From positions 7,289-71,288 of the forward strand of contig CALXXE010000005.1 of NCBI GenBank assembly GCA_944392605.1: DNA of 64,000 nucleotides, in the 5' to 3' direction. A model generated the notes under the pieces. The model was not told where the DNA came from, did no database searches, and worked only from the letters and a program-made list of their open reading frames with translations. Positions 34,240-44,510 of this stretch are shown piece after piece. The translations under genes were made by a program, and so were the position numbers. Position 1 is the stretch's first letter; every line of letters starts with the position of its first letter. This stretch comes from an uncultured Clostridia bacterium (GTDB taxonomy: Bacteria > Bacillota > Clostridia > TANB77 > CAG-508).

Positions 34240-35106
34240 ATGAAAGAGCAAATATATGAGATAGAAAATGCAGACTCATTTGAATTAAAAGATATCTTTG
34301 ATTGTGGACAATGCTTTAGATGGAATGAACAAGAGGACGGAAGTTATACAGGAGTATTTAAAGGAAATGTTTTAAATGTTAAAAAAGAAGAAAATAAAGT
34401 AACATTTAAAGGTATATGTAATGGAGATATAAAAGAAGTTGTAGAAGATTATTTTGACTTAAATAGAGATTATGAAAAAATAAAAGAAACTTTAAGTCAG
34501 ATAGATGATAATATGAAAAAAAGTGTTGAATATGGTAGAGGAATACGAATACTTAATCAAGACTTATGGGAAACAATTATATCTTTTATAATATCTGCAA
34601 ATAACAATATTCCTAGAATAAAAGGAATAATAGAAAGATTATCTAAAAACTATGGAAAAGAAATAGATTATAGTGGAGAAAAATATTATACATTTCCAAC
34701 TGCAGAAGAATTAAAAGATGTAAGTGTAGAAAAATATAGAGAATTAGGATTAGGATTTAGAGATATAAGGCTTTATGAAACAACAAAAATGATATTAAAT
34801 GGAAAAGTGGATTTAGATGAATTAAGAAACAATCCAGACACTATGGAGGTAAGAGATAAATTATTAACATTATCAGGAGTAGGACCTAAAGTTGCAGATT
34901 GTATATTATTATTTTCAGACTTAAAAAGATTTGAAGTATTTCCAATAGATGTATGGGTAAGAAGAGTTATGAATGACTTATACATAAAGAATGAAGATGA
35001 AACAAAGGTAAATAAAAAACAAATAGAGAAAATAGCAAAGGAAAAATTTGGAGACTTAGCAGGATTAGCACAACAATATTTATTTTATTGGAGAAGAGAA
35101 GCGTAA
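34240..35106 (+). CDS. ogg: 8-oxoguanine DNA glycosylase / HhH-GPD family
   Basis: FDCGQCFRW N-terminal motif, HhH LSGVGPKVADCILLF, and catalytic Asp region FPIDVWV. Confidence 0.8.
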   Translation: MKEQIYEIENADSFELKDIFDCGQCFRWNEQEDGSYTGVFKGNVLNVKKEENKVTFKGICNGDIKEVVEDYFDLNRDYEKIKETLSQIDDNMKKSVEYGRGIRILNQDLWETIISFIISANNNIPRIKGIIERLSKNYGKEIDYSGEKYYTFPTAEELKDVSVEKYRELGLGFRDIRLYETTKMILNGKVDLDELRNNPDTMEVRDKLLTLSGVGPKVADCILLFSDLKRFEVFPIDVWVRRVMNDLYIKNEDETKVNKKQIEKIAKEKFGDLAGLAQQYLFYWRREA

Positions 35107-35252
35107 AAGAGGATAGAATGGCAAGTGAAGTGCTTGCTATTTTTTGCTTTCTGTTATAAAATTTAAGGAAAGAAAAAGAAGAGAAAGATGTGTCACTGAT
35201 GCGAAATTTTTTGCACAAAGGAAACGTCCCCAATGCGAAATAGGAGGTAGAG

Positions 35253-38200
35253 ATGGGCTTAAGACTTATTTATGGAAAATCTGGTAGTGGTAAAAGTAGT
35301 TATTGCTTTTCTGAGATTGCAAGACTAATTGAAAAGGAACATGAAAAGAAAATCTTTATAATAACACCAGAACAATTTTCATTTACAGCAGAAAGAAAAT
35401 TAATGGATGAAATGGAAAAGTTGGGAAGTAGTGCTGCTATTTATGCCGAAGTAATAACCTTAAGCAGAATGGCTTATCGTGTCATGCAAGAAGTTGGGGG
35501 AGAAAATAGAGAGCTTTCAAAATGTGGAAAGGCTATGCTTATATATTCAATATTAAGTAATAATAAAAAGAATTTAAAATTTTTAGGTAAGTCAGATGAA
35601 AATATTGATTTAAGCATGAGAGCGATTACAGAATTAAAAAAACACGGCGTAGGTGTAGAAGATTTATTAAGTGAAATAGATAAAACGGAAGATGTTTATT
35701 TAAAAAACAAATTACAAGATATGGCATTAATTTATCAGGGGTTTGAAGAAAAAATTACTGGAAGTTATATAGAGGATACTGATTTATTAACAATACTTGC
35801 TGATAACTTAAGTAAGGTAGATTTAGTAAAAGATAGCATCATATTTATAGATGAATTTGCTGGATTCACATATCAAGAATATCAAGTTATTAAAGAAATG
35901 CTTGCTTTAGCAAAAGAAGTAAATATAACAATGTGCGTGGATGATTTGGATTTTAATACTAATCCAGATATTGATATTTATTATCCAAATAAATTAACAG
36001 TAAAGAGACTATTAGATTTAGCTAAAGAAAATGATATTGGAGCTGAAGAGTTTGTACATTTAGAAACTGAGCCTCGTTTTAAAACAGAGGAATTAAAATT
36101 TTTAAGTAATAATTTATATAATCCTAAATCCACAAAATATGGGAAAGATGTGGAGAACTTATCTATTTTTCTTGCTAAAAATGAATATTCAGAAGTAGAA
36201 GAAGTGGCAAGAAAAATACAAAAGTTAGTAAGAGAAGAAAACATGTGTTACAACGATATATCAATAATAACTAAAAATATAGAAGGTTATTCATCTTTAG
36301 TTAGAGCTATTTTTAGAGAATATGATATACCTGTTTTTATAGATGAAAAAAGAGATTTAAATCAAAACATAATAGTTCAATATGTACTTAGCATATTAGA
36401 GATTCTAACTAAAAACTTTTCTTCTGAGTCCATATTTAGTTATATAAAACTAGGATTTTTAGATTATGAAAAAGAAGAGATTTTTAAGTTAGAAAATTAT
36501 TGTAATAAATGGGGTATTAAATTAAATAAATGGAAAAAAGATTTTACATATGAACTAGATAACGAAAATAAGAAAAATGAAGTTCAAAGATTAAATGAAA
36601 TAAGAAAAGAGATAATAAATCCTTTACTTAAATTACAAGATAATATAAGAAAAGAAAGAACTGCTAAAAATATTACTTTAGCTTTGTACAACTTTATAAT
36701 AGAGCAAAATATAGAAGAAAAGATAGCAGATAAGGTAAGAGAATTAGAAGAAAATAATTTAGTGGATTTAGCAAATGAGTATAAAGAAAGTTATCAAATA
36801 ATACTAGATATTTTCGATGAAATTGTTTTAATATTTGACGAAGATAAAATGACAGTTGATAAATATCAAAAGATATTAAAGATAGGACTAAAAAATAGCG
36901 GACTTGGAAAAATCCCAGGAACAGCTGACCAAGTAATTTTAGGTGATGTTGATAGGTCAAGGAGTCATAAGGTAAAAGTTGTGTTTATCTTAGGTTTAAA
37001 TGATGGAAGTTTTCCAAGCGTAAATAAAGATGAAGGATTTTTAGATGATAGTGATAGAGAAATATTAAAACAAGATGGAATAGAACTTGCAAATGGTACA
37101 ATAGATCAGTTATATGAAGATAAATTTAATATTTACAAAGCTTTTACAACAGCTGAAGAAAAGATATATTTATCATATAGCTCATCAGATAAAGATGGAA
37201 AATCATTAAGACCTTCAGTACTAGTTACACAAATTAAGAAAATGTATCCAAAATTAAAAGAAGAAAGTGATGTAACAACTAAAAAATATGAACTTGTAAA
37301 TAAAAAAGTTACATATGAAGAATTAATAGAAAATATTGCAAAAATAAGAAATAAAGAAGAAATAGACGAAGTATGGTATCAAATATATAGTTATTATAAA
37401 TCTCAAGAAGGATGGAATGAAAAATTACAGGAGGATTTAAAAGGATTAAAATACACAAATATACCAGAAGATATAAAACAAGAAAACATTGATAAACTAT
37501 ATGGAAATACATTAAAAACTAGTATATCAAGATTAGAAAAATATAGAGGTTGTCCTTTTTCATATTACTTACAATATGGATTAAAATTAAAAGAAAAAGA
37601 AAGCTTAAAAATACAAAGTTTTGATACAGGTTCTTTTATGCATGAAACAATTGATAATTTCTTTGAATATGTTAGACAAGAAAATTTAAATCTAGCAGAA
37701 ATAGAAGAAGAACAGATTCTAGAAATTGTATCCAAAATAGTAGATGAAAGTTTAAAATTAAATAAAAATTTTATATTTACAGCTACAACTAAATATAAAG
37801 TTTTGGTTAGAAGATTAAAAAAGATAGTTTCAAAAGCACTAAAATATATTATACAAACAATTATCTATAGTGATTTTTCTGTAGAGGGGACAGAGATAGA
37901 ATTTGGTGAAAAAGGTAAGTATAAACCAATTATTTTAGAACTAGAAAATGGTAAGAAAATAGAAATAACAGGAAAAATAGATAGAATAGATACGGCATCT
38001 AGTGAAGACGGAAAATACTTAAGAATTATAGATTATAAATCATCAGCAAAGAATATTGACTTAAATGAAGTATATGCAGGACTCCAAATACAGCTTTTAA
38101 CATATACAGATGCAATATGTAGAGAAGAAGATATATTGCCAGCAGGAATATTTTATTTTTCACTATTAGAACAAATTGCTAATGCAGATAAGAGAATAGA

Positions 38201-38621
38201 TGAAGAACAAATAGAAGAGTTAATTAGGAAAAACTTTAGAATGAAAGGCTTAATAATAGCTGACGTAAAGATTATAAAGATGAATGATAATACTTTACAA
38301 TCAGGAAGTTCAAAATTAGTTCCAGCAGCGATAACTTCTAAAGGAAGTGTGAATGAAAAATGGACAAACGGCGTAAAACAAGAGGAGTTTAAAGTTTTAC
38401 AAGATTATATCTATAAAACTATAAAAGATATTTCAAGAGAAATCCTAAGTGGAAAAATAGATTTAAAACCATATAATAAGCAAGGAAAAACACCTTGTGA
38501 ATATTGTGAGTACAAGGCAATATGTGGATTTAATCCAAGACTAAACAATAATAAATATAATTATATAGATAAAAAATCAAAAGACGAAATTCTAATGAAA
38601 ATGAAAAATGAGACAAAATAG
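35253..38621 (+). CDS. addB: Helicase-exonuclease AddAB, subunit AddB
   Basis: N-terminal LIYGKSGSGKSS Walker A. C-terminal RecB-type nuclease (IDRID..RIIDYKSS) and Fe-S cysteines (..C..CEYCEYKAIC). 1122 aa. Confidence 0.9.
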   Translation: MGLRLIYGKSGSGKSSYCFSEIARLIEKEHEKKIFIITPEQFSFTAERKLMDEMEKLGSSAAIYAEVITLSRMAYRVMQEVGGENRELSKCGKAMLIYSILSNNKKNLKFLGKSDENIDLSMRAITELKKHGVGVEDLLSEIDKTEDVYLKNKLQDMALIYQGFEEKITGSYIEDTDLLTILADNLSKVDLVKDSIIFIDEFAGFTYQEYQVIKEMLALAKEVNITMCVDDLDFNTNPDIDIYYPNKLTVKRLLDLAKENDIGAEEFVHLETEPRFKTEELKFLSNNLYNPKSTKYGKDVENLSIFLAKNEYSEVEEVARKIQKLVREENMCYNDISIITKNIEGYSSLVRAIFREYDIPVFIDEKRDLNQNIIVQYVLSILEILTKNFSSESIFSYIKLGFLDYEKEEIFKLENYCNKWGIKLNKWKKDFTYELDNENKKNEVQRLNEIRKEIINPLLKLQDNIRKERTAKNITLALYNFIIEQNIEEKIADKVRELEENNLVDLANEYKESYQIILDIFDEIVLIFDEDKMTVDKYQKILKIGLKNSGLGKIPGTADQVILGDVDRSRSHKVKVVFILGLNDGSFPSVNKDEGFLDDSDREILKQDGIELANGTIDQLYEDKFNIYKAFTTAEEKIYLSYSSSDKDGKSLRPSVLVTQIKKMYPKLKEESDVTTKKYELVNKKVTYEELIENIAKIRNKEEIDEVWYQIYSYYKSQEGWNEKLQEDLKGLKYTNIPEDIKQENIDKLYGNTLKTSISRLEKYRGCPFSYYLQYGLKLKEKESLKIQSFDTGSFMHETIDNFFEYVRQENLNLAEIEEEQILEIVSKIVDESLKLNKNFIFTATTKYKVLVRRLKKIVSKALKYIIQTIIYSDFSVEGTEIEFGEKGKYKPIILELENGKKIEITGKIDRIDTASSEDGKYLRIIDYKSSAKNIDLNEVYAGLQIQLLTYTDAICREEDILPAGIFYFSLLEQIANADKRIDEEQIEELIRKNFRMKGLIIADVKIIKMNDNTLQSGSSKLVPAAITSKGSVNEKWTNGVKQEEFKVLQDYIYKTIKDISREILSGKIDLKPYNKQGKTPCEYCEYKAICGFNPRLNNNKYNYIDKKSKDEILMKMKNETK

Positions 38622-38641
38622 GGACGGACATAAAGTGTCTC
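38610..38641. repeat. GAGAC..AGGGACG..GTCTC hairpin, copy C
   Basis: gagacaaaatagggacggacataaagtgtctc. It encodes the last residues (E-T-K) and the TAG stop of addB. Confidence 0.7.
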
Positions 38642-38653
38642 AAAGGAGGAAAA

Positions 38654-39502
38654 ATGGATTTATCAAATGAAAATGTAATTCATATAAAAAAAGATGGTAT
38701 AGAATATTTACAATTTAGGAAATTGTTAGAATATAAAGATATAATAAATCATGCATATTCATTAGGAACAGATATGGATTTTAGAACTTCAAGAGCAAAT
38801 AGTGAATTATCTAAAGAAGAATATGCGAATTCATTAAATAATTATGATAAATTATGCAAGTCAATTGGCTGTGATTATAGGAATTTAGTAAAAGGTATTC
38901 AAAGGCATACAAATAATGTTAAGGTTGTATCAGAAAAAATAAATAAAGATACTCCTGATTTCAGATGTAAAGAATATGAAAATATTGATGGGTTAATTAC
39001 TAATAAAGATAATTTTATTTTAGCAAGTACCAGTAGCGATTGTATTTCATTATTATTCTTTGACCCTGTAAAAAAAGTAATTGCAAATGTACATTCAGGT
39101 TGGAAAGGAACTCTTCAAAGAATATCTGTGAAGACCATAGAAAAAATAGTAAATGAATTCACTTGCAATCCAGAAGATATAATTGTTTGTATTTGCCCAT
39201 CAATTAGAAAATGCCATTTTGAAGTTGGGGAAGATGTAAAAGATATGTTTGAGAAGGAATTTCAAGATTTAGGAGAAGAAAATTTAAAAGAAATAATAGA
39301 AGAAAAAGTTCCAAGTAAAAAATGCTTTATTGACACAGTTCTAATAAACAAAATAATATTAGAAAGAGAAGGTTTAAAAAAAGAAAATATAATCGATAGT
39401 AAAATCTGTACAATGTGCAACCCTGGAATGTTACATTCATATAGAGTGGAAAGAGAAAATTATGGCTTAAATACGGCTTTAATTGAATTAAAAGGAGAAT
39501 AG
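38654..39502 (+). CDS. pgeF: Peptidoglycan editing factor PgeF (YfiH / laccase-domain, DUF152)
   Basis: ADCISLLFFDP, HSGWKGT and CPSIRKCHFEVG motifs. Confidence 0.85.
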   Translation: MDLSNENVIHIKKDGIEYLQFRKLLEYKDIINHAYSLGTDMDFRTSRANSELSKEEYANSLNNYDKLCKSIGCDYRNLVKGIQRHTNNVKVVSEKINKDTPDFRCKEYENIDGLITNKDNFILASTSSDCISLLFFDPVKKVIANVHSGWKGTLQRISVKTIEKIVNEFTCNPEDIIVCICPSIRKCHFEVGEDVKDMFEKEFQDLGEENLKEIIEEKVPSKKCFIDTVLINKIILEREGLKKENIIDSKICTMCNPGMLHSYRVERENYGLNTALIELKGE

Positions 39503-39508
39503 TTAAAT

Positions 39509-40432
39509 ATGATAATTCCAAATAAATTAAAAAAAGGTGATACAATAGGAGTTGTTGCACCATCAAATCCAATAGTTGGAGATAATATAGAAGAAATTAT
39601 GAGAGCAAAAGAAAAGGTAGAAAAAGACGGTTTTAAAGTAGAGTTTTCAAAAAATCTTTTTTCTAATACATGTGACTACAGTAGTACAGCAAAAGAAAAA
39701 GCAGAAGATATAAATTATATGTTTTCTAATAAAAATATAAAAATGATATGGTGTGCTAAAGGTGGGGAAAATTCAAATTCTACTTTTGAATATTTGGATT
39801 ATGATATAATAAAAAAGAATCCAAAGATTATCTGTGGATATAGTGATATAACATCAATTACAAATATAATAACTGCAAAAGCTGGACTTGTTACATTTAG
39901 TGGAACAAACTTTAAAACAATTGCAACAGATGAGACGGATTTTAGTTATAATGAAGCCTTAAAGCGTTTTGTTGATTGTAATCTGAGTTTAGGAACACCA
40001 GAAGACTATAAAGTGTTAAATGATGGAATGGCAGAGGGAGAGTTGATAGGTGGAAATCTTAGTTTAACAAGAGGATTGGTAGAAGGAAAATATAAGATAG
40101 ATTTTAAAGATAAAATATTATTTTTAGAAGAACTAGGATTTGAAACAGGTCCTGCTATGGCTAGTAATTACTTATATTATATGAAACAAAATGGTGTGTT
40201 CAACAAAATAAAAGGATTATGGATAGGAAGTTATAACCACGAAAGTCAAATTTCTTTAGAGAAAATAATTTTAAATGTAATTGGAGATGAATATAATTTT
40301 CCTATTATAAAATCAGATAATTTTGGACATATTGAACAAAAAATAGTAATACCAATTGGAACAAAAGCAAGAATAGATACAACTTCAAAAGAAAAGATAA
40401 CACTATTAGAAAAATGTGTAAATGAAATATAG
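39509..40432 (+). CDS. LD-carboxypeptidase (peptidase S66)
   Basis: GDTIGVVAPS, nucleophile motif CGYSDITS, and C-terminal FGH. Confidence 0.85.
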   Translation: MIIPNKLKKGDTIGVVAPSNPIVGDNIEEIMRAKEKVEKDGFKVEFSKNLFSNTCDYSSTAKEKAEDINYMFSNKNIKMIWCAKGGENSNSTFEYLDYDIIKKNPKIICGYSDITSITNIITAKAGLVTFSGTNFKTIATDETDFSYNEALKRFVDCNLSLGTPEDYKVLNDGMAEGELIGGNLSLTRGLVEGKYKIDFKDKILFLEELGFETGPAMASNYLYYMKQNGVFNKIKGLWIGSYNHESQISLEKIILNVIGDEYNFPIIKSDNFGHIEQKIVIPIGTKARIDTTSKEKITLLEKCVNEI

Positions 40433-40444
40433 AAGGAGAAAGAA

Positions 40445-40997
40445 ATGTACGACAATTGGGAAGAGTTAGAAGAGTCTATAAAAGGTTGTAATAAGTGTAA
40501 ATTGCGTAATGGAAGAACCAATATTGTATTTGGAACTGGAAATAAAAATGCTAGATTAATGTTTATTGGAGAAGGACCTGGAGCAGACGAGGACAGACTT
40601 CGGGGAGCCTTTTGTAGGTAGAGCAGGTAAACTAATGAATCTAGCTTTTCAAGCAATAGGATTAAAAAGGGAAGAAGTCTATATTGCAAATATTGTAAAA
40701 TGTAGACCACCAGGAAATCGTAATCCAGAAGAGGATGAATGTGAAGCCTGCATGAATTATTTAAGAAATCAAGTAATATTAGTAAAACCAGAAATAATAG
40801 TACTTCTTGGAAGTGTTGCACTAAAACATATACTAGGAAAAGAATATGGAATAACGGCTTCTAGAGGAAAATGGATGGAGAAAAAAGGAATTAAATATAT
40901 GCCAACATGGCATCCAGCAGCACTTTTAAGAGATGAAACTAAGAAAATAGATTTTGCAAATGACTTACAACTTGTAATGAAAGAATTGAACAAGTAG
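40445..40997 (+). pseudogene. Family-4 uracil-DNA glycosylase interrupted by a 1-nt frameshift
   Basis: Frame A (40445-40621) reads [58 protein letters not shown]. Frame B continues ..[35 protein letters not shown] to 40997. Removing one nt near 40598-40602 restores [22 protein letters not shown]. Confidence 0.75.
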
Positions 40998-41062
40998 TAT
41001 AGCAATTGACGTAAATGTATATATGTAATAAAATATAGCAAAATGTTTATAGGGAGAAGAAG

Positions 41063-42340
41063 ATGGAAGGAATAAAAGAAAAAGCAGATTATTGTTTAAA
41101 TTGTAAAGTGAAACCTTGCTCAAATAAAGGATGTCCACTTCATAATGAAATACCAGATTTTATAAAAGAGGTAAAGGAAGGAAATATTGATAAAGCATAT
41201 GAAATATTATGTAAGACAACAGTCCTTCAAGGAGTTTGTGGAAGGATTTGTCCTCATCAAAAACAATGCGAAGGGTCTTGTGTAAGAGGAATAAAAGGAG
41301 AACCAGTTCAAATTGGAGATTTGGAGTCATTTGTTTTTGATAAGGCTATGGAAGAAGGAAATTCTTTATCAAAAGTTTGGAGTGAAGAAATAGAGGAAAA
41401 CAAGAAAAAATTAAATAATAAAAAAGTAGCTGTAATAGGTGGAGGACCAGCAGGTTTAACAGCTGCAGCATTTTTAGCAAAAGGTGGTGTAGAAGTTACA
41501 ATATATGAAAAATATGATTATTTGGGTGGACTTTTAGTACATGGTATTCCTGATTTTAGGCTTGATAAAGAAATTGTAAAACAAACAGTAGATAACATTT
41601 TAGATTTAGGTATTAAAGTAAAATATGGAAAAGTACTTGGAAAAAACTTGAATTTAGATGATTTAGAAAAAGAATATGATGCTATATTTTTAGCTTTTGG
41701 AGCAAATTGTTCTTCAAAGATGGGAGTAGAAGGAGAAGAACTAGATGGTGTATATGGAGGAAATGAATTATTAGAATATGATATGAATCCAAATTATGAA
41801 GGAAAAGTAGTTGCTGTTGCAGGTGGCGGAAATGTAGCAATGGACTGTGCAAGAACTATAAAAAGACTTGGAGCAAAGGAAGTAAAAGTAGTATATAGAA
41901 GAGCAAGAGAACAAATGCCAGCTGAAGATAAAGAAGTAGAAGAGGCAATGGAAGAAGGAGTAGAATTTCTATTCCAAAATAATATAGTAAAAATTACTGG
42001 AGAAAATAAAGTAGAAAAATTAGAGTTAATAAAGACAGAGTTAGTTCAAAAAGAAGGAGACACTAGACTTTCTCCTGTAAACGTAGAAGGAAGTAACTAT
42101 ATAATTGATGCGGATTATGTTGTTATGGCATTAGGAGCAAATCCTGAATCTTTTGTAAAAGATTTAAACTTAAGTCTAAATAAATGGGGAAATATTGAAG
42201 TAAATGAAAATTATGAAACTTCAAGACCTAGAATATATGCAGGAGGAGATTTGGCAGGAGTAAGAGGAACGGTAGCATGGGCAGCGTTTTCAGGAAGAGA
42301 AGCAGCAAAAAAAATAGTAGAAAAATTAAAAGAAGCTTAG
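41063..42340 (+). CDS. GltD-family NAD(P)H-dependent oxidoreductase (glutamate synthase small-subunit-like)
   Basis: N-terminal Fe-S cysteines (C..C..C..C, CGRICPH..CE..C), FAD motif VAVIGGGPAGLTAA, and NAD motif VAVAGGGNVAMD. Confidence 0.85.
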   Translation: MEGIKEKADYCLNCKVKPCSNKGCPLHNEIPDFIKEVKEGNIDKAYEILCKTTVLQGVCGRICPHQKQCEGSCVRGIKGEPVQIGDLESFVFDKAMEEGNSLSKVWSEEIEENKKKLNNKKVAVIGGGPAGLTAAAFLAKGGVEVTIYEKYDYLGGLLVHGIPDFRLDKEIVKQTVDNILDLGIKVKYGKVLGKNLNLDDLEKEYDAIFLAFGANCSSKMGVEGEELDGVYGGNELLEYDMNPNYEGKVVAVAGGGNVAMDCARTIKRLGAKEVKVVYRRAREQMPAEDKEVEEAMEEGVEFLFQNNIVKITGENKVEKLELIKTELVQKEGDTRLSPVNVEGSNYIIDADYVVMALGANPESFVKDLNLSLNKWGNIEVNENYETSRPRIYAGGDLAGVRGTVAWAAFSGREAAKKIVEKLKEA

Positions 42341-42353
42341 AGTTTAAGCTTCT

Positions 42354-43454
42354 TTATTCATTAATATTTTCTTTTGTAGTTTTTCCTAAAAGTAATCTTT
42401 TGATAGCTTTAAATATTGAAACAAAGATGTTTTCTTTTTTAGTAATAACTTTAATTGCTGTTTCAACTTCGCCATTTTCTATGCTATTATATTTCTTTTC
42501 TAGTTCCATCATTTTATTTACATAGTAATCATTAAAGAATGTATAGCCTTCCATGCATCCAAGACAGTCTTTAAAATTATATAATTTTCTCCTATAGTTT
42601 TCGACTTCTTCTAAATTAGAAATTGAATTAAATGATGCATCGAAATAACTAGAAATTATAAGATTTTGTGTTCTCATAAAAGTTAAAGAAATTTCACTTT
42701 TTAATTCATCAATTTTTTCAAGCATTCCATCGACTTTTTTGTTTCTATCATCAATAGCTGCTATTTTATTATTTAATTTAATAATTTCTTCTTCACTATT
42801 TAAGATATCATCAATAGCATTTTGAACTGCCATAAAAGTTTTTGGAGATGTAAGATTTGCGAATTGTTCTTTAAAATTATCATTACTATTTAGTGTGCTT
42901 TCAAATAAAACATCTTCACCTACTATATATGCAAGTTGATTTACAAGACAACATTCTAGCGGATAATATGAAGGACTTGTTGTTTCAAAGCTAATTCCAA
43001 AATACTTAACATATTCTTTTGGTATACCATTAACTTTAGAAGCCATAAGCTGAACTGCTGCTTCATTTAATCCTAATCCATATATTTTAAATTCTGTATA
43101 ATCACAAAGCCCCATTCTAAGTAAATAATTTCTTTTATCTTTTACTTCTTGTAAATAATGAATACATTCATGAATTGCAAATTCTTCCAAATCTTCATCT
43201 TGAATATGTTCATTAAAATAAATAGAGGTATTTTTATAAAAATAGTTAGCCTCGGCCATTCCTTCAGGCATTTTTGCTTTATACATATTTAATCTAGATA
43301 ACTTAATAAATAATTCATTTTGATTCAAATTAAATTCAGGAAATGTATCACATAATTTTATTGAAACATTTCTTGCAATAGAATTAATTTTTAATGTATC
43401 TAGTTTTTCTGTTACTTCAATTCCATCTTTCCTTAAATCTGATTCTATGCTCAT
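42354..43454 (-). CDS. Hypothetical protein with an HExxH metallopeptidase-like motif
   Basis: FAIHECIHYLQ. 366 aa with a coiled-coil C-terminal half; no family recognised. Confidence 0.45.
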   Translation of the reverse strand: MSIESDLRKDGIEVTEKLDTLKINSIARNVSIKLCDTFPEFNLNQNELFIKLSRLNMYKAKMPEGMAEANYFYKNTSIYFNEHIQDEDLEEFAIHECIHYLQEVKDKRNYLLRMGLCDYTEFKIYGLGLNEAAVQLMASKVNGIPKEYVKYFGISFETTSPSYYPLECCLVNQLAYIVGEDVLFESTLNSNDNFKEQFANLTSPKTFMAVQNAIDDILNSEEEIIKLNNKIAAIDDRNKKVDGMLEKIDELKSEISLTFMRTQNLIISSYFDASFNSISNLEEVENYRRKLYNFKDCLGCMEGYTFFNDYYVNKMMELEKKYNSIENGEVETAIKVITKKENIFVSIFKAIKRLLLGKTTKENINE

Positions 43455-43590
43455 ACTTAATCTCCTTGTAGTTTAATCTAATAATATTATACTATAAAAA
43501 AGTACTAATAATATTTCATAAGTATTAAATATTAATTACAGTTTAGTTACAAAGGAACTACTGGCTAATTTGTAGTTTTTTCAAAATGAC

Positions 43591-43619
43591 TTGACATTTA
43601 AAACTAAAGTTACTATAAT
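43591..43619 (+). promoter_or_regulatory. Perfect consensus promoter TTGACA-17-TATAAT
   Basis: ttgaca at 43591-43596 and tataat at 43614-43619. The nearest long ORF starts 390 nt downstream. Confidence 0.5.
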
Positions 43620-44011
43620 ATCATCATAATTTGATTTCAAATGTTAGTTAAGTTAAAAAGTCAATTTAGGAAAATATTTAAATAAGAAAAAATATGAAGC
43701 GTACGTAATAAAAATAGATTAGTTCAAAATTATTAATATCAAATTTTAAAATCAATATAAATTCATTGAAACTAAAAATCAAAAGTATTAAAGAGTTTTT
43801 ATCAAGTTTATTACCAAGTAAAATAGAACAAGGAAAAAATGACAATAGACAAAAAAGTAGAAAAATGGAAGAAAAAATTAGAAGACTTAAGAATTTTAAA
43901 CGAAAATTTTAAATTCTAGAATATTTTTTATTTGACTTTTTTTCTTGGGAATTTTATACTAACTATACATTTAATCGAATTATAAAATAAAAATTTATAA
44001 GGAGGATAAAA

Positions 44012-44473
44012 ATGGACAATAAAGAAATTAATTCTATTATATTAAAAATTTATGAAGAACAAAAGAAAACAAATAAAAAAATGGGAAAAATGCAAAAGCA
44101 AATGAAGAGTATGCAAGAACAAATGGGAGGCATGCAAGAACAAATGGGAAGCATGCAAGATAAAATAGGAGGATTAGAAAATAAATACGATGGATTACAA
44201 GGAAAGGTAATAAAGTTACAAGAGCAAGTAAGTGAAATGCAGGCTTCAGTGAATGAAATACCAGAAATTAAAGAAGAACTAAGGACACTTAGTGGTAGAG
44301 TTGCAGTAATAGAAAAAGAACACGGCGATAAATTACAAATATTACTTGATGTTGTTACTGGAAATAGTGAGAAAAATAAAGAATTAGAAAAAAGAATTGA
44401 AAAAGATGAAAAAATTATAAATAGACATTCAGATGAAATTTATTATTTAAAAAAAGAAGTTCAAAATGGTTAA
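44012..44473 (+). CDS. Hypothetical coiled-coil protein with Met/Gln-rich repeats
   Basis: The MQKQMKSMQEQMGGMQEQMGSMQDKIGG repeat is followed by heptad-like sequence. RBS aaggagg. Confidence 0.5.
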   Translation: MDNKEINSIILKIYEEQKKTNKKMGKMQKQMKSMQEQMGGMQEQMGSMQDKIGGLENKYDGLQGKVIKLQEQVSEMQASVNEIPEIKEELRTLSGRVAVIEKEHGDKLQILLDVVTGNSEKNKELEKRIEKDEKIINRHSDEIYYLKKEVQNG

Positions 44474-44510
44474 AAGCCTATTAGAACTTTTACCCTAATA
44501 GGCTTCTACC

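Noticed and set aside
40246-40821. 191-aa minus-strand ORF overlapping the LD-carboxypeptidase and UDG genes.
   Set aside because: It runs antisense to two well-supported plus-strand genes. Its Leu/Phe/Ser-rich low-complexity translation is typical of the reverse frame of AT-rich coding DNA. It has no RBS and no motif.
42277-42525. 82-aa plus-strand ORF overlapping the end of the gltD-like gene and the convergent HExxH gene.
   Set aside because: It is an out-of-frame read-through across a bidirectional terminator, antisense to a 366-aa ORF, with a low-complexity hydrophobic translation.
44085-44170. Tandem 21-bp DNA repeats (atgcaagaacaaatgggagg..).
   Set aside because: They lie inside a good ORF and simply encode the MQEQMG peptide repeats of the coiled-coil protein. 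They are not an independent non-coding repeat.
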